From an uncultured Verrucomicrobiae bacterium (GTDB lineage: Bacteria; Verrucomicrobiota; Verrucomicrobiia; Limisphaerales; Palsa-1400), in assembly GCA_963764165.1 (NCBI GenBank), contig CAVXRD010000002.1, positions 2,048,001 through 2,112,000 on the forward strand: a stretch of 64,000 bases of DNA, given 5' to 3'. A program made the translations under genes and the position numbers. This document shows positions 39,920 to 51,207 of this stretch, one piece after another. The stretch's first letter is position 1, and every line of letters starts with the position of its first letter. The notes under the pieces were generated by a model, which had not been told where the DNA came from, did no database searches, and saw only the letters and a list, made by a program, of their open reading frames with translations.

Positions 39920-39992
39920 CCCCATTATTCGCATAATTCCCATAACTTCCCTCTGTTGCGAATAATGGGAAGAATGGGAATTATGCGAATGG
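39920..39992. repeat. Inverted repeat built from CCCATAATT-like units
   Basis: ATTCGCATAATTCCCAT ... ATGGGAATTATGCGAAT. Confidence 0.6.
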
Positions 39993-40034
39993 CCAAATAT
40001 TGTCCCCCCGCGCCTTTCGTGCCATGCTCACCGC

Positions 40035-41666
40035 ATGGGTTCTCATTTGATCGGTGAGTATTTAATCGAACGGCTGCGCGGGCTTGGCGTGCGCCATGTC
40101 TTTGGCATCCCGGGCGACTACGTCCTGGGCTTCTACGACCTGCTGCAAAAGCGCGGGCTGCAGACTGTCAATACTTGCGATGAGCAGGGCGCCGGTTTCG
40201 CCGCCGATGCCTACGCCCGCGTGCGCGGCCTCGGCGTCGTGTGCGTGACATATTGCGTGGGCGGCTTGAAAATCGCCAACACCACCGCGCAGGCCTTCGC
40301 GGAGAAATCTCCCGTCGTCGTCATCAGCGGCGCGCCCGGCGCGCACGAGTGGGAAAAAAATCCGCTGCTTCACCACAAGGTGCGCGAGTTCGACACGCAG
40401 AAGCGCGTCTTCGAGCAACTGACCGTTGCCTCCACCGTGTTGAATGATCCGCAAACCGCGTTGCAGGAAATCGACCGGGTGCTGCACGCCGCGCTGCGCT
40501 ACAAAAAGCCCGTGTATATTGAATTGCCGCGCGACATGGTTTCTGTTCCCGGCCTCGCCAGCTATGTGCCTTCCGAGCTTCACGAAAAAAGCGATCCGAT
40601 TTCTCTCCGCCATTCCATCGATGAAGCCGTCGATATGATCAACAAGGCGAAGCGCCCCGCGATTTTGGCCGACGTCGAATTGCATCGCTTCGGCCTGCAA
40701 GCTGACCTTGTCAAGCTGATGCAGAAATCGAATATTCCCGCCGCGACAACCATCATGGGAAAATCCGTCATCGGCGAAAATGATCCGTTGTATTTGGGCG
40801 TTTACGGCGGCTTGATGGGCCGCGAGGAAGTGCGCCGCTACATCGAGCAAAGCGATTGCCTGCTCATGCTCGGCGTGTTTATGACGGACATCGACCAGGG
40901 CATTCGCACCGCGCGCCTCGACCCGGCGAATTGCATTTCCGCCACGAGCGAGAAATTGAGCATTCGCTACCATCACTTTGACAACGTTCGCTTCAAGGAT
41001 TTTCTGCGCGCGCTGGTCAAATCGCCGATTCGCCGCCGAGCGATTGCGAAGATTCCGCATCCGCCGGCCATGCCGCCTTACAAGGCGGCGGCCAAAAAGA
41101 AAATGACTGTCAAGCGTTTGTTCCAGCGGCTGAACTCGTTTCTGCGCGAGGACACGATTGTGATTTCTGATGTCGGCGACGCGCTGTTTGGCGCGGCGGA
41201 ATTGAACATCCACCAGCACACGGAATTTCTCGGAACGGCATATTACGCCTCGATGGGATTTGCGCTTCCCGCCGCCGTCGGCGCGCAGATCGCGCATCCA
41301 GAGCGCCGGCCGCTGGTGCTGGTGGGCGATGGCGCATTTTTGATGACAGGATTGGAATTGGCGACGATTGCGCGGAACAATTTGAATCCGATCATTATCG
41401 TTTTGAACAACAAGGGTTACGGCACCGAACGGCACATTCAGGACGGACCTTACAACGACGTGGCCCCGCTGAATTATCATTTGCTGCCCGGCATCGTCGG
41501 CAAGGGAATCGGCTTCTCCGTTGAAACGGAAGACCAGCTTGAGCAAGCGCTCGAAACCTCGGAAAAGAACAAGGAAAGTTTCAGCTTGATCGAAGTGCAT
41601 CTCGAACCGCTTGACCGTTCACCCGCCCTTCATCGCCTCGCCCGCAGCCTGGCAGAACGCCTTTAA
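40035..41666 (+). CDS. ThDP-dependent alpha-keto acid (indolepyruvate/phenylpyruvate) decarboxylase
   Basis: FGIPGDY, LLHH and GDGAF...NN motifs. Confidence 0.88.
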   Translation: MGSHLIGEYLIERLRGLGVRHVFGIPGDYVLGFYDLLQKRGLQTVNTCDEQGAGFAADAYARVRGLGVVCVTYCVGGLKIANTTAQAFAEKSPVVVISGAPGAHEWEKNPLLHHKVREFDTQKRVFEQLTVASTVLNDPQTALQEIDRVLHAALRYKKPVYIELPRDMVSVPGLASYVPSELHEKSDPISLRHSIDEAVDMINKAKRPAILADVELHRFGLQADLVKLMQKSNIPAATTIMGKSVIGENDPLYLGVYGGLMGREEVRRYIEQSDCLLMLGVFMTDIDQGIRTARLDPANCISATSEKLSIRYHHFDNVRFKDFLRALVKSPIRRRAIAKIPHPPAMPPYKAAAKKKMTVKRLFQRLNSFLREDTIVISDVGDALFGAAELNIHQHTEFLGTAYYASMGFALPAAVGAQIAHPERRPLVLVGDGAFLMTGLELATIARNNLNPIIIVLNNKGYGTERHIQDGPYNDVAPLNYHLLPGIVGKGIGFSVETEDQLEQALETSEKNKESFSLIEVHLEPLDRSPALHRLARSLAERL

Positions 41667-41669
41667 TTT

Positions 41670-42872
41670 ATGGAGTCATTGCCAAGTGTTTTGCTCAAGC
41701 CGGGGGCGGCGGACCGTATTGTCGCGGGGCATCCGTGGATTTACGGCGGGTCGATTGTGCGCCTGACCCAGCCCGCCGAAGATGGCGCCGTTGTTCAGAT
41801 CAAGGATCATCGCCAGCGTTTTTTGGGCGTGGGATTTTTTAACTCCAAGTCAAAAATCCAAGTGCGCGTGCTCGACCCCGAGCGCGTCGAAATTAATGCC
41901 GCTTTTTTCGAAGAGCGCATTCGCGCCGCGCTCGCCATTCGCAAAAGGCATTTGCCGGGCGCGGAATCATTTCGCGTCGTCAACGCGGAAAGTGATTTCC
42001 TCAGCGGATTGATCATTGACAAGTATGCGGGCGTGCTCGTCCTGCAAATTTCCTCACTCGGCATGGACCAGCGCAAGGCGATGATCGTTGAGGCGCTGCA
42101 AAAGATATTTTCGCCGCGTGCCGTCGTGGAGAAAAGCGACGCCGCCTTCCGAAAATTCGAGGGGCTTCCAGAAACCAACGGCATCATCAGCGGAACGCTG
42201 GACGGACCGGAGCGCATTGATCTCAATGGATTGAAATTCGATGTGGACATCGCGGGCGGCCACAAGACAGGAATGTATTTGGATCAGCAGCGCAATTATC
42301 AGGCCGTCGCGGCTCTGGCCAATCATGGGCAGGTGCTGGACTGCTTCACGTTTCTCGGTGGATTCGGGCTGCATTGCGCGCGCGCTGGCGCCGCCCATGT
42401 CCACGCGCTCGACCAAAGCGCCGACGCCTGCGCCGCCGCCACGCGCCACGCGGAGCTCAATGGCGTGGCCGATCGTTTCAGCGTCGAGAATATAAATGTG
42501 TTTGACTGGATGAAGGCGCGCACGGCGGTGAACCCGCACGAGCGGGTCGTTCCGATTTTCGACGGCATCATTCTCGACCCGCCGTCCTTCACGCGCACGC
42601 GCGCGGCCGTGCCGGACGCGATGCGCGGCTACAAGGAAATCCATTTGCGCGCGCTGAAACTGTTGAAGCCCGGCGGCACGCTCGCCACGTTTTGCTGCTC
42701 GCACCATGTCGATGCGCTGTTGTTTGAAAGCGTGATTCTCGAAGCCGCCTTCGACGCCCGCCGCGTTCTCCGACGCGTAGCCACCTACAGCCAGTCGCCC
42801 GACCACCCGATTCTGCCGTCCGTGCCAGAGACGGAATACTTGAAAGGGTTTGCGTTCGAGGCCGCTCGGTGA
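41670..42872 (+). CDS. RlmI/RlmK-like 23S rRNA methyltransferase
   Basis: PUA domain GHPWIY; GHKTG.YLDQ, LDPPSF and ETEYLK motifs. Confidence 0.9.
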   Translation: MESLPSVLLKPGAADRIVAGHPWIYGGSIVRLTQPAEDGAVVQIKDHRQRFLGVGFFNSKSKIQVRVLDPERVEINAAFFEERIRAALAIRKRHLPGAESFRVVNAESDFLSGLIIDKYAGVLVLQISSLGMDQRKAMIVEALQKIFSPRAVVEKSDAAFRKFEGLPETNGIISGTLDGPERIDLNGLKFDVDIAGGHKTGMYLDQQRNYQAVAALANHGQVLDCFTFLGGFGLHCARAGAAHVHALDQSADACAAATRHAELNGVADRFSVENINVFDWMKARTAVNPHERVVPIFDGIILDPPSFTRTRAAVPDAMRGYKEIHLRALKLLKPGGTLATFCCSHHVDALLFESVILEAAFDARRVLRRVATYSQSPDHPILPSVPETEYLKGFAFEAAR

Positions 42873-42966
42873 AGGCTGGGAAATTATTTAATCTGGAATA
42901 AGGATCGGAAGGCGCGGTTCAATTCAAAAATATGCAGGCGAAGGGCGAAAAGCCAAATGAGCCTGA

Positions 42967-43260
42967 TTAGAGCCGGGTGCGCCAATAGCCGGGCCATCGT
43001 TTGGCGTGCATCACCGCCACGATCCACACGCGGTCTGGTTCATCAAGATAGACCACCGAATAAGGGAACTTGCGCGCAAGCGCGCGCCGGACGCCTGGAC
43101 TGACGCGGAAGAAGGTGTCGGGACGCTGGCGCGCCTGGTCGATGAGCCGTTCGATTTCGTTGCAAAAACGCACACCCAATTCGGGCGACATGGCCGCGTA
43201 GTATTCAGCGGCCTGCGCATATTCCTCCCCGGCTTCGGGGTGAAAGGCGTAAGGCTTCAC
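42967..43260 (-). CDS. RelE/ParE-family toxin
   Basis: FHPEA, RKFPYSVVY and AVMHAKR.PGYW motifs. Confidence 0.9.
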   Translation of the reverse strand: MKPYAFHPEAGEEYAQAAEYYAAMSPELGVRFCNEIERLIDQARQRPDTFFRVSPGVRRALARKFPYSVVYLDEPDRVWIVAVMHAKRWPGYWRTRL

Positions 43261-43481
43261 CGTCCGACAATCTTGCGTATGCGAGCGGACACTTCCTCGC
43301 CGGGAATGCCTTGCACCTTGCCGGACTGGATTTTGTCGACACGGCGGGCGATCTCAGTCTGCCAAGCGGCTTCGATCTCCGGGTTGCCGCTGTGCAGGTC
43401 TTCACTCAACCGCGCCATCAATTCGCTGACCTTCTCACACGGCCAGTGGCGGGTTTCTTCAACGATTTGCTCCAATGTCAT
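43257..43481 (-). CDS. Addiction-module antitoxin (TIGR02574-like)
   Basis: IEAAWQTEIARR...SGKVQGIPGEEV; overlaps the toxin start. Confidence 0.88.
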   Translation of the reverse strand: MTLEQIVEETRHWPCEKVSELMARLSEDLHSGNPEIEAAWQTEIARRVDKIQSGKVQGIPGEEVSARIRKIVGR

Positions 43482-43665
43482 CGGCACACTGCGTACTCTA
43501 CGCGATTTCGGGATGGGGTTCAACGGGTAAAACGGCCGGAAGGGCTTTCTGAGTCGGCTTATGCAGCGCCAAGCGCCTCCATTCCTGCGTTTGGTCGTTC
43601 CTGATTAAAAAATTTCCCCTCCAAATCTTCTTGCCTCCACCCATCAATGGTGACTACCTATTTCA

Positions 43666-45207
43666 ATGACGGAGCAAATTCTTATTCTCGATTTCGGGGC
43701 GCAATACACGCAAGTCATCGCCCGGCGTGTTCGCGAGTGCAAAGTCTATTCCACCATCGTGCCGTTTGACATGCCGGCGGCCAAAATCGCGGAACTCAAA
43801 CCCAAGGGCCTGATTTTCTCCGGCGGCCCCTCCAGCGTTTATTCGCCAAAAGCGCCGAAGCCCGATCGCGCCATTTTTAAGCTCGGCATTCCCATTCTCG
43901 GCATTTGCTACGGCGTCCAATTGATGGCCCACATGCTCGGCGGAAAAGTCGCGCGCGGCATGAAGCGGGAATATGGCAAAGGCACCCTGCTTGTCGCTGA
44001 TCCGACCTCCGCGATTTTCGCCAACCTTCCGGATGCGCTTCAAGTGTGGAATTCGCACGGGGATAAATTGGTTGCGCCGCCTGCGGGCTTCAAATCCGTC
44101 GCCACCTCGGACAACACGGAGTTCGCCGCCATCGAAGATCGCGACCGGAAATTTTTCGGACTCCAATTTCATCCGGAAGTGGCGCACACGCCGCAGGGGC
44201 GCGAGATCATTTCCAATTTCGTCCACGGCGCTTGCGGTTGCGGCAAGGATTGGACGATGAGCCATTACATTGACCAAGCCGTGGAGCAAATCAAGGCCGA
44301 CGTCGGCAAGGAGCGCGTGATTCTCGGCTTGAGCGGCGGCGTCGATTCGAGCGTGGCGGCGGCGCTCTTGCACAAAGCCATCGGCAATCAATTGACCTGC
44401 ATTTTTGTCAACAATGGTTTGCTGCGCGGCGGCGAAGCGAAGGTCGTGCGCGAAGTCTTTGGCCGGCACTTCCACATCAAACTGCAATACGAAGACGCCT
44501 CAGCGCTTTTCCTTCGGAGACTCAAGGGAGTGACCGACCCGGAGCGCAAACGCAAAATCATCGGCAAGACGTTCATCGAAGTTTTTCAGTCCGCGACCAA
44601 GCGCGCCGGAGCGGCCAGGTTTCTTGGGCAAGGCACGTTGTATCCCGATGTGATCGAATCCGTGCCCATCGGCGGAAATCCAGCCGCGCTGATCAAGAGC
44701 CACCACAATGTTGGGGGACTTCCCAAGAACATGAAGTTCAAGCTGGTCGAGCCATTGCGCTGCCTGTTCAAGGACGAAGTGCGCCAGCTTGGTTTGGAAC
44801 TCGGTTTGCCGCACGAAATTGTCATGCGCCAGCCGTTCCCCGGTCCTGGCCTGGCCGTGCGCATCCTCGGCGAAGTCACGCCGAAACGCTGCGAGATCCT
44901 GCGCGAGGCCGACACCATCGTGGTTGAGGAAATGAAAGCGACCGGGTGGTATTACAAAATTTGGCAAAGCTTTGCCGTGCTGCTGCCGGTGCGCAGTGTT
45001 GGCGTGATGGGCGATGAGCGCACTTACGATTACACCGTGGCCATCCGCGCAGTCGAATCGCAAGACGGCATGACCGCCGATTGGGTCAAGCTGCCTTACG
45101 AGATTCTCGAGAACCTTTCGCGGCGCATCACAAACGAGGTGAAAGGCGTGAATCGCGTTTGCTTTGATATTTCGAGCAAACCACCGGCGACGATTGAATG
45201 GGAGTGA
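43666..45207 (+). CDS. guaA: GMP synthase (glutamine-hydrolysing)
   Basis: [24 protein letters not shown] and KPPATIEWE motifs. Confidence 0.98.
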   Translation: MTEQILILDFGAQYTQVIARRVRECKVYSTIVPFDMPAAKIAELKPKGLIFSGGPSSVYSPKAPKPDRAIFKLGIPILGICYGVQLMAHMLGGKVARGMKREYGKGTLLVADPTSAIFANLPDALQVWNSHGDKLVAPPAGFKSVATSDNTEFAAIEDRDRKFFGLQFHPEVAHTPQGREIISNFVHGACGCGKDWTMSHYIDQAVEQIKADVGKERVILGLSGGVDSSVAAALLHKAIGNQLTCIFVNNGLLRGGEAKVVREVFGRHFHIKLQYEDASALFLRRLKGVTDPERKRKIIGKTFIEVFQSATKRAGAARFLGQGTLYPDVIESVPIGGNPAALIKSHHNVGGLPKNMKFKLVEPLRCLFKDEVRQLGLELGLPHEIVMRQPFPGPGLAVRILGEVTPKRCEILREADTIVVEEMKATGWYYKIWQSFAVLLPVRSVGVMGDERTYDYTVAIRAVESQDGMTADWVKLPYEILENLSRRITNEVKGVNRVCFDISSKPPATIEWE

Positions 45208-45309
45208 GGTAGGGACGCCTCGCCGAGGCGTCCGGTTGCGCGGGATTAATTTCGCGGTCTGCGCGTGAGCCACGCCTCACCCCGGACGCCTCGGCGAGGC
45301 GTCCCTGCC
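45208..45309. repeat. GTAG-type REP doublet (unoccupied)
   Basis: GGTAGGGACGCCTCGCCGAGGCGTCC ... GGACGCCTCGGCGAGGCGTCCCTGCC. Confidence 0.9.
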
Positions 45310-45382
45310 TTGCTTCACGATAATCGCGCTTTTAACCGACGCGCGAAAGCGGTATGGTGGACGCATGGCAGTTGACCGATGC

Positions 45383-45844
45383 ATGGCCAAGAAGAAGTTC
45401 CTGGATTTCCTCCAGCACAAAAAATTGCGCATCACCGCGCAGCGCCGCGCCATTATCGAGAGCGCGTTTGAAACCGAGGAGCATTTCAGCGCGGAACAGC
45501 TTCTTGAATGGTCGCGCCGGCGGGACAAATCCGTTTCCCGCGCCACCGTTTATCGCACGCTGCCTCTGCTGACCGAGAGCGGGTTGGTGCGCGAAATGGA
45601 TTTCGGAAGCGACCACAAGTTTTACGATCCCAATTACGCCGACAATCCGAACCACAGCCACATCATCTGCCAGGAATGCAACACGATTGTGGAATTCGAC
45701 AACGACCAGATGAAACAAATTGAAGGCGAGATGTGCCGCAAGCTGGGTTTTTCCGTCAAGACGCACCGCCTGCAAATCACCGGCAGTTGCGACCAATTCA
45801 AACGCGTCGGCGTTTGTGCGCGGAAAAAGGATGGCGCGAGTTAG
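45383..45844 (+). CDS. fur: Fur-family transcriptional regulator
   Basis: RITAQR, HFSAE, SRATVYRTL, HSHIICQEC and C..C motifs. Confidence 0.9.
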   Translation: MAKKKFLDFLQHKKLRITAQRRAIIESAFETEEHFSAEQLLEWSRRRDKSVSRATVYRTLPLLTESGLVREMDFGSDHKFYDPNYADNPNHSHIICQECNTIVEFDNDQMKQIEGEMCRKLGFSVKTHRLQITGSCDQFKRVGVCARKKDGAS

Positions 45845-45979
45845 ACACGCTGCCGGAATCCTTCGCAAAGCACGATAGGGCGAGGCTCCTGCCGAGCCCT
45901 CCTATCGCCGGGAGAATAGGACTTGGAGGACAAATACGACTTATGGGCGGCTCCCTCGCCCACATTCTCGTGCTTTGAG

Positions 45980-47407
45980 TTACTTCGCGGCGATGGCGGG
46001 TTGCGGCGCTGACTTGAAGCCGAATAAATTCCGCTCGTGGACGATTCTGGCCACCGTTTCCGGCACCAACTGTTCCCAGGAACTGTCGCCAGCGCGAATC
46101 TTGTCCAGGACATCCCGCGAGAAAATCGGCAGCACCTTTTCGTCGTAATCACGCAAGCTTTCGATGTAGCGATTCTCGACCAGATACGCGTGCAAGTGCC
46201 GGAGGTTCGGCGCAACACGCAAATTCCCCGCTGTGATGAGGGCGCCGGTCTTCTTCTCCAGGAGCGGGTAAACATAAAGCTTGAGATCGTTTTTGAACAT
46301 GCGCCCGAACGATTCCAAAATGCCGCCGCTTAGGTCAGTATAATATTTCTCGTCGAACAACTCTTTCAATGTCGGCACGCCCATCGCGACGCCGATCATT
46401 TTTTTGGTGTATCGGAAAAAATACGCGGCCAGCCGGTGGTATTCGCCGAAGTTTGAAATCAGCACGGTCTTTCCAAGCGCGCCGAGAATATCCACTCGCG
46501 CCAAAAAATCCTGATGATCGATCTTGTCGTCTTCGGTGAGATTTTTTAGCGTCATTTCCATCAGTGTCAGGACATCTTCCCCTTGAACATTCGGCTCCTG
46601 GACGAACATCGCCTGCGCGCAGCGGAGCATGTCCAGCGTGACTTTCGTAACCGGCCGGAAACTGCCGCGCTCGACCAAAATGCACTTTTTGTAAAACGCG
46701 TCGGAGGGCTGCACGACTTGTCCGTCGGCAGTGAAAAGGGCGGCGTTGGTCAATCCGCCCTGGACGAGGCGCAACGCCATCACGCGATTATCGATGTGCG
46801 CGAACGCCGGCCCGCAAAATTGAATCATGTCCACTTCAACACGAACCGTGCCGATGTTGTCGGCCAGGGAATCAATGAGCGCCGCCGGATCGTGATGCAA
46901 ATACATGCAGCCGTGGACGAGGTTGACGCCAACGATGCCGAGCGCTTCCTGTTCGGCCAGGTTTTCCTTATCCCACAAGCGGACATGAACAATAATCTGC
47001 GACGGCTCCGCGCCGGGCTCCGGTTGGAAACGCAGGCCAAGCCAGCCATGCGCGTCGTCCTGGCGGGAATAACTTCGCGCCACCACCGTGTCCGCAAACA
47101 CGAAAAACCGGGTCGTCGCGCCGCGCTTGTGGTTCAAGCGATCCACCAAGCGGGCGTATTCGTGATCCAGCATCGTATCGAGGCGCTGGCGGCTGACGTA
47201 GCGATCCGCGTGGCCGTAGATCGCGTCGCTGATGGTCATGTCGTAGGCGGAGATCGTTTTGGCGATCGTGCCCGCGGCGCCGCCCACGCGGAAAAACCAG
47301 CGCGCCACTTCCTGCCCTGCGCCGATTTCCGCAAAAGTGCCGTATTTTGAAGGGTCCAGGTTGATCTGGAGCGCCTTTTGATGTGTGCTAAGGATTTCGC
47401 GTTCCAT
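45980..47407 (-). CDS. Conserved protein with nucleotidyltransferase-like domain
   Basis: YGTFAEIGAGQEV N-terminus; RGSFRPVT motif; ends with a W..LVP..V tail. Confidence 0.65.
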   Translation of the reverse strand: MEREILSTHQKALQINLDPSKYGTFAEIGAGQEVARWFFRVGGAAGTIAKTISAYDMTISDAIYGHADRYVSRQRLDTMLDHEYARLVDRLNHKRGATTRFFVFADTVVARSYSRQDDAHGWLGLRFQPEPGAEPSQIIVHVRLWDKENLAEQEALGIVGVNLVHGCMYLHHDPAALIDSLADNIGTVRVEVDMIQFCGPAFAHIDNRVMALRLVQGGLTNAALFTADGQVVQPSDAFYKKCILVERGSFRPVTKVTLDMLRCAQAMFVQEPNVQGEDVLTLMEMTLKNLTEDDKIDHQDFLARVDILGALGKTVLISNFGEYHRLAAYFFRYTKKMIGVAMGVPTLKELFDEKYYTDLSGGILESFGRMFKNDLKLYVYPLLEKKTGALITAGNLRVAPNLRHLHAYLVENRYIESLRDYDEKVLPIFSRDVLDKIRAGDSSWEQLVPETVARIVHERNLFGFKSAPQPAIAAK

Positions 47408-47495
47408 CTTGATAAGGTTCCGAAAAAACAGATGCCGAATTCATAGTGGCCCAAAACCGGGTTCTTGCAAGTCGATTTGCCCGGTTGCCGCGCCC

Positions 47496-47825
47496 TCACC
47501 CTTTCGGTTCGTAATGAACGGCGATCATCCGGCGATCCAATTCAATGACCGAATATCCCCACGGCAAATAACGGTCCGACCCTTTCGCGTTTGGATGCTC
47601 GACCCGCCACGCGACGACTTCCCAGCCGTCCTTTCCATTATCAATCACTTCCCACTCGGCGCGATCCGCCCAGCTTTCCTTTTGGGCCAACACCCGGCGG
47701 GCGGCCGCAATCTGCTCGTGGTAACGCCCTTGCGGATCCTCGGGATGGTCCATGCGCCCGCTGGCGCCCTTTCCGCACCCAGCGAAAAGGCAAAAGCATA
47801 GAGCCATGATCGGAAATCGGATCAT
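47496..47825 (-). CDS. Hypothetical lipoprotein
   Basis: Lipobox FAGC. Confidence 0.6.
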   Translation of the reverse strand: MIRFPIMALCFCLFAGCGKGASGRMDHPEDPQGRYHEQIAAARRVLAQKESWADRAEWEVIDNGKDGWEVVAWRVEHPNAKGSDRYLPWGYSVIELDRRMIAVHYEPKG

Positions 47826-48030
47826 TCCCCAGCCATATCGGCGCAGGAAGAGGCGCAGTTAAGCCGCAATGCAATCGCTCCCCTTTGCGGCCTGATTAAA
47901 ATGCAGGCTGTCCGTTAGGGATGCGCCCCATGGCAGCCGGCCCGCCCGCGGCATATTTTAGTGGAGCGGTTGTAAACTGAATAAGTGGCATGGCAATAAG
48001 TGGCATGGCAACACGATGGTGAGGGAAAAT

Positions 48031-49329
48031 ATGAAAACTGCAAGCAATCCAATTGAGGCGGCTTATCTGGCCCGGATCAGGAAGTTTGGGCTCATTCTCG
48101 CCTTGGCCTTTTTGCCGCTGCCGGGCTTTGCTTCTGGCGCGAAGGTCTCCGACACAAGCATCAGCTTTAATCCGCCTGCCATCGTTAACGGCTCGAACGG
48201 GCCGGAATTGTTATTGGTGCTCAATAACTGGAAAGGCGGCACGCTCGTCTACGCCACCAACTTGACCGGCCCGTGGTACGCCGCGGCGCCGACTGGAACT
48301 AATAACGAGTTCCTTGTGCCCATCTATCCGACGGGATCGCAGTATTATTACCGGGCGGAAGGATCAAATCTGGCTCCCGCCGCACCGTCTCCCAAGGCTG
48401 ACATTACCCCCCCTCTTGTGCCAAACACCAATTACATTCGCTTCTATGCAACGACTAGTTTTTGGAACACTCCGATTGCAACGAACCCTGTCATTGATCC
48501 CAATTCCGCCGCGATCGTGCAAGCTTCGCTGACGCCATACGCATCAAATGCCGTCTTTGGCAATAGCAAATACGGGGTTGCGATGGCGTATGGCACCTTG
48601 ACCAACCCTCTCTACCGGGTGACTGCTACGCTTTACTCCAGCCCTTCGACCGCTCCCGGAAAGCAGGGCGTTCTTTTCCCAATTCCCCTGGGGACGGCGG
48701 CTGCGCTCGGAACGGACGGACACCTCGCCGTGGCTTATCAGACTTTTGATGGAAGTCCTTATGCTGGGATGGAGTTGGATATGTGGCAGGCTCGTTTCAA
48801 CCCGACGAACAAGACTTGGTCCGCTTCCACTGTAGTGCTGTCACCCTTGTTTGGCTGGGGGGCGGTATGCCCACCTGGAAAGGGATTCTGCGGGGGCGCT
48901 GACGCCGCCGGATTCTGCCTGCTGGGTGGCGCGGTGAGGCCTGAGGACATATCGCGAGGACATATATATCACGCCCTGGCGATGGCCACCCCCCACAACC
49001 TTAGTAATTACGTCGCTTGTCCCGCGACCGCGACAGACGGCACGGCGTCCGCGCCCGCATTGCCCGAAGGCGCGCTCATCCAACTGGATCCCACCTACAA
49101 CGTAGACGCGCAGAATTGGCCTCAGTGGGTGAAGCTTATCGCCCACGCCTTGCAAGAATACGGAGCTTATAACCGTGACACTTGCTCAACTCTATCCATC
49201 TACGGCGTAACTGACCAAAACGCCGGCGTGCCAACATGGACTTCGGTGGGAGTGCCGGAATCAGGTGGCATGCTTAATATGCTGCCTTGGTCGAGCATGC
49301 GAGTGATTAAGATTGTCAAGTGCAACTGA
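48031..49329 (+). CDS. Secreted hypothetical protein
   Basis: Long ORF with signal-like segment; SFWNTPI, DGHL and GAVRPEDI..G.I.HAL motifs. Confidence 0.75.
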   Translation: MKTASNPIEAAYLARIRKFGLILALAFLPLPGFASGAKVSDTSISFNPPAIVNGSNGPELLLVLNNWKGGTLVYATNLTGPWYAAAPTGTNNEFLVPIYPTGSQYYYRAEGSNLAPAAPSPKADITPPLVPNTNYIRFYATTSFWNTPIATNPVIDPNSAAIVQASLTPYASNAVFGNSKYGVAMAYGTLTNPLYRVTATLYSSPSTAPGKQGVLFPIPLGTAAALGTDGHLAVAYQTFDGSPYAGMELDMWQARFNPTNKTWSASTVVLSPLFGWGAVCPPGKGFCGGADAAGFCLLGGAVRPEDISRGHIYHALAMATPHNLSNYVACPATATDGTASAPALPEGALIQLDPTYNVDAQNWPQWVKLIAHALQEYGAYNRDTCSTLSIYGVTDQNAGVPTWTSVGVPESGGMLNMLPWSSMRVIKIVKCN

Positions 49330-49389
49330 GTTCCGATCGCCCTGTTGCCTTGTGACGCCAGGGGGATCGTTTCAATCAGTGTTCCCGTT

Positions 49390-51207
49390 TCAATTTCTCG
49401 GATAATCTGGCAGCAACAATGCGCCTGGCAGGCAGAGCCGGCCGGCTGCTTCGGGATCGACTTTCCAGATGGCCAGGGCCGCTTCTGGCGTTGGCCGGCT
49501 GGGGCCGCCATATTGGTCGTGATAGCATCGGTATATCAACTCCGCAGACCACGCCCTCGCCAACGGCCCCAAATCTCCCAACAGTTCCAAGTCGCCGCCG
49601 CCGCGATAGTCGATTTGTGGAATCAGGGTTGAAGAAGGTGGATTTATGGCGGCTCCGATTCTATAAAGTGTTAGTTTCGCTCGGCACAAACTGCTGCTTG
49701 AAACTCGGGTGAGGTTGGTGATATCGGTTCGGGAGCAAAGCTCTTTGAGGAACGAAACAGCGTTAGCCGATTGCGGGTCAATCAAACAAAGAGCGCACGC
49801 AATTTCGATGCGTTGATCCAGTCTCTGGGCGGAGTAATAGCACCGCTCAATTCTTCCCTGGTCCTGCTGGTTGGTAGCCAGCAATTTGGTCAAAATCGGG
49901 ATTGCGCGCTTCGCAGCGGGGCCGATGGCGCCCAATGCCCTGCAATACTGGTGCGTCCGCAATTGGTCCTGCCGGAGGAAATCTGAAAGAAAATCGGTGG
50001 CGGGCTCGGACGCGGGGCCAATTTCCGCCAGCGCACTCACGGCTGCCAGCGCCACATTGTCATGGCTTGACTTGGTCAGGCTGCGGGTGCCCGTGATTTT
50101 CGTCACGGGGCACTGCCAATCTCCCAAGATTTCGACCAGCGCGGGGACCGCATCCTTCGCGAGCGGCCCGAGCAGGCAGAGCTTTTGCATGGCCAGGCGC
50201 CTCTCTGCGTCCGTGCCGCACAGGATCTTTTTGACAAGAGTTCGAACGACCGGCTGCGAATCCTCCCAGCTAAGGCGCGCAACGGTCTTCCAGTGAATCG
50301 GATCAATACGCATTAGCAGATCTTCTGCCTCCATCTGATAGTCGAGCCGTTGTGAATCCAACATGTGCTCAAGCGCCGGGACAACGAGTCTGGCGGCATC
50401 CGGTTCGTCCTTGAGCAGTTTGAGGGATTCCCACTGGTCCACCGAGCTTCCGTGGCGAAGATTGTATGAAAGGACGTCGGAAAGAGTATTGGTGCGGCCA
50501 TCAATCTTCCATAAGGCGACCGCCGCCGAACGCCCCACAGCGCCCGCATCCGCAGCCGCGTTCGTCAAGGCTGGAATCGCCGTTCTGGCTTTGGGCCCGA
50601 GCGAAGCCAGAACGGAAATGCAGTAAACGCGGTTGGCCCGGTTGGTGTCGCGAATGTCATCAGCCAACTGCGGAACCACGCGCTCCGTCTCAGCCGGAAG
50701 CGCCGTTAAAATCGCGGCCAGCCAGCGATTTGCCGAATCGTCCGCGCGGTCACTATGAAGGATGCTCCACACGGCCCCGAAAGCTGGCGCCGCATTGGAG
50801 CCAAGTTTAAGCAGAAGGTCACCGGCGCTCGAACGCCTTTGCCCGTTCAGATCATCGTAGGGCAGAGGATGGAGCGCCTGTGTCCATTCAGGCAGGGAGT
50901 GTTTTCGCCGGAAATCATACCAGCTTTTGGCCGCCGCGAAATCGGGATTCTCCAATTGCGAAGCCAGATAACGCGCGCCATCCGGCCCCATGGCTTGAAA
51001 CGCTTTGCAAACCTCCTTATCAGATGCCGATCCACCCTCGTAAGTACCCAACCATTCACTCGCTGATCGGTCTTCATAGCTCGGCCCGCCTTGATGCACG
51101 CAAAGAAACCACGCCATTCCCGTCCCGAACAAGACGGAAGTGCCGATCAGGAAATGTGATTTCCTCCAGGATCGAGCGGAAGTTTTCAGCGATTCATGGA
51201 ATTTCAC
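49390..51207 (-). CDS. HEAT-repeat protein with N-terminal membrane anchor
   Basis: Repeated LG..GP.A..A.P.L units. Confidence 0.85.
   Translation of the reverse strand: MKFHESLKTSARSWRKSHFLIGTSVLFGTGMAWFLCVHQGGPSYEDRSASEWLGTYEGGSASDKEVCKAFQAMGPDGARYLASQLENPDFAAAKSWYDFRRKHSLPEWTQALHPLPYDDLNGQRRSSAGDLLLKLGSNAAPAFGAVWSILHSDRADDSANRWLAAILTALPAETERVVPQLADDIRDTNRANRVYCISVLASLGPKARTAIPALTNAAADAGAVGRSAAVALWKIDGRTNTLSDVLSYNLRHGSSVDQWESLKLLKDEPDAARLVVPALEHMLDSQRLDYQMEAEDLLMRIDPIHWKTVARLSWEDSQPVVRTLVKKILCGTDAERRLAMQKLCLLGPLAKDAVPALVEILGDWQCPVTKITGTRSLTKSSHDNVALAAVSALAEIGPASEPATDFLSDFLRQDQLRTHQYCRALGAIGPAAKRAIPILTKLLATNQQDQGRIERCYYSAQRLDQRIEIACALCLIDPQSANAVSFLKELCSRTDITNLTRVSSSSLCRAKLTLYRIGAAINPPSSTLIPQIDYRGGGDLELLGDLGPLARAWSAELIYRCYHDQYGGPSRPTPEAALAIWKVDPEAAGRLCLPGALLLPDYPRN

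Noticed and set aside
47980..48009. 15-bp tandem duplication AATAAGTGGCATGGC
   Set aside because: Two copies only; most simply a slippage duplication.
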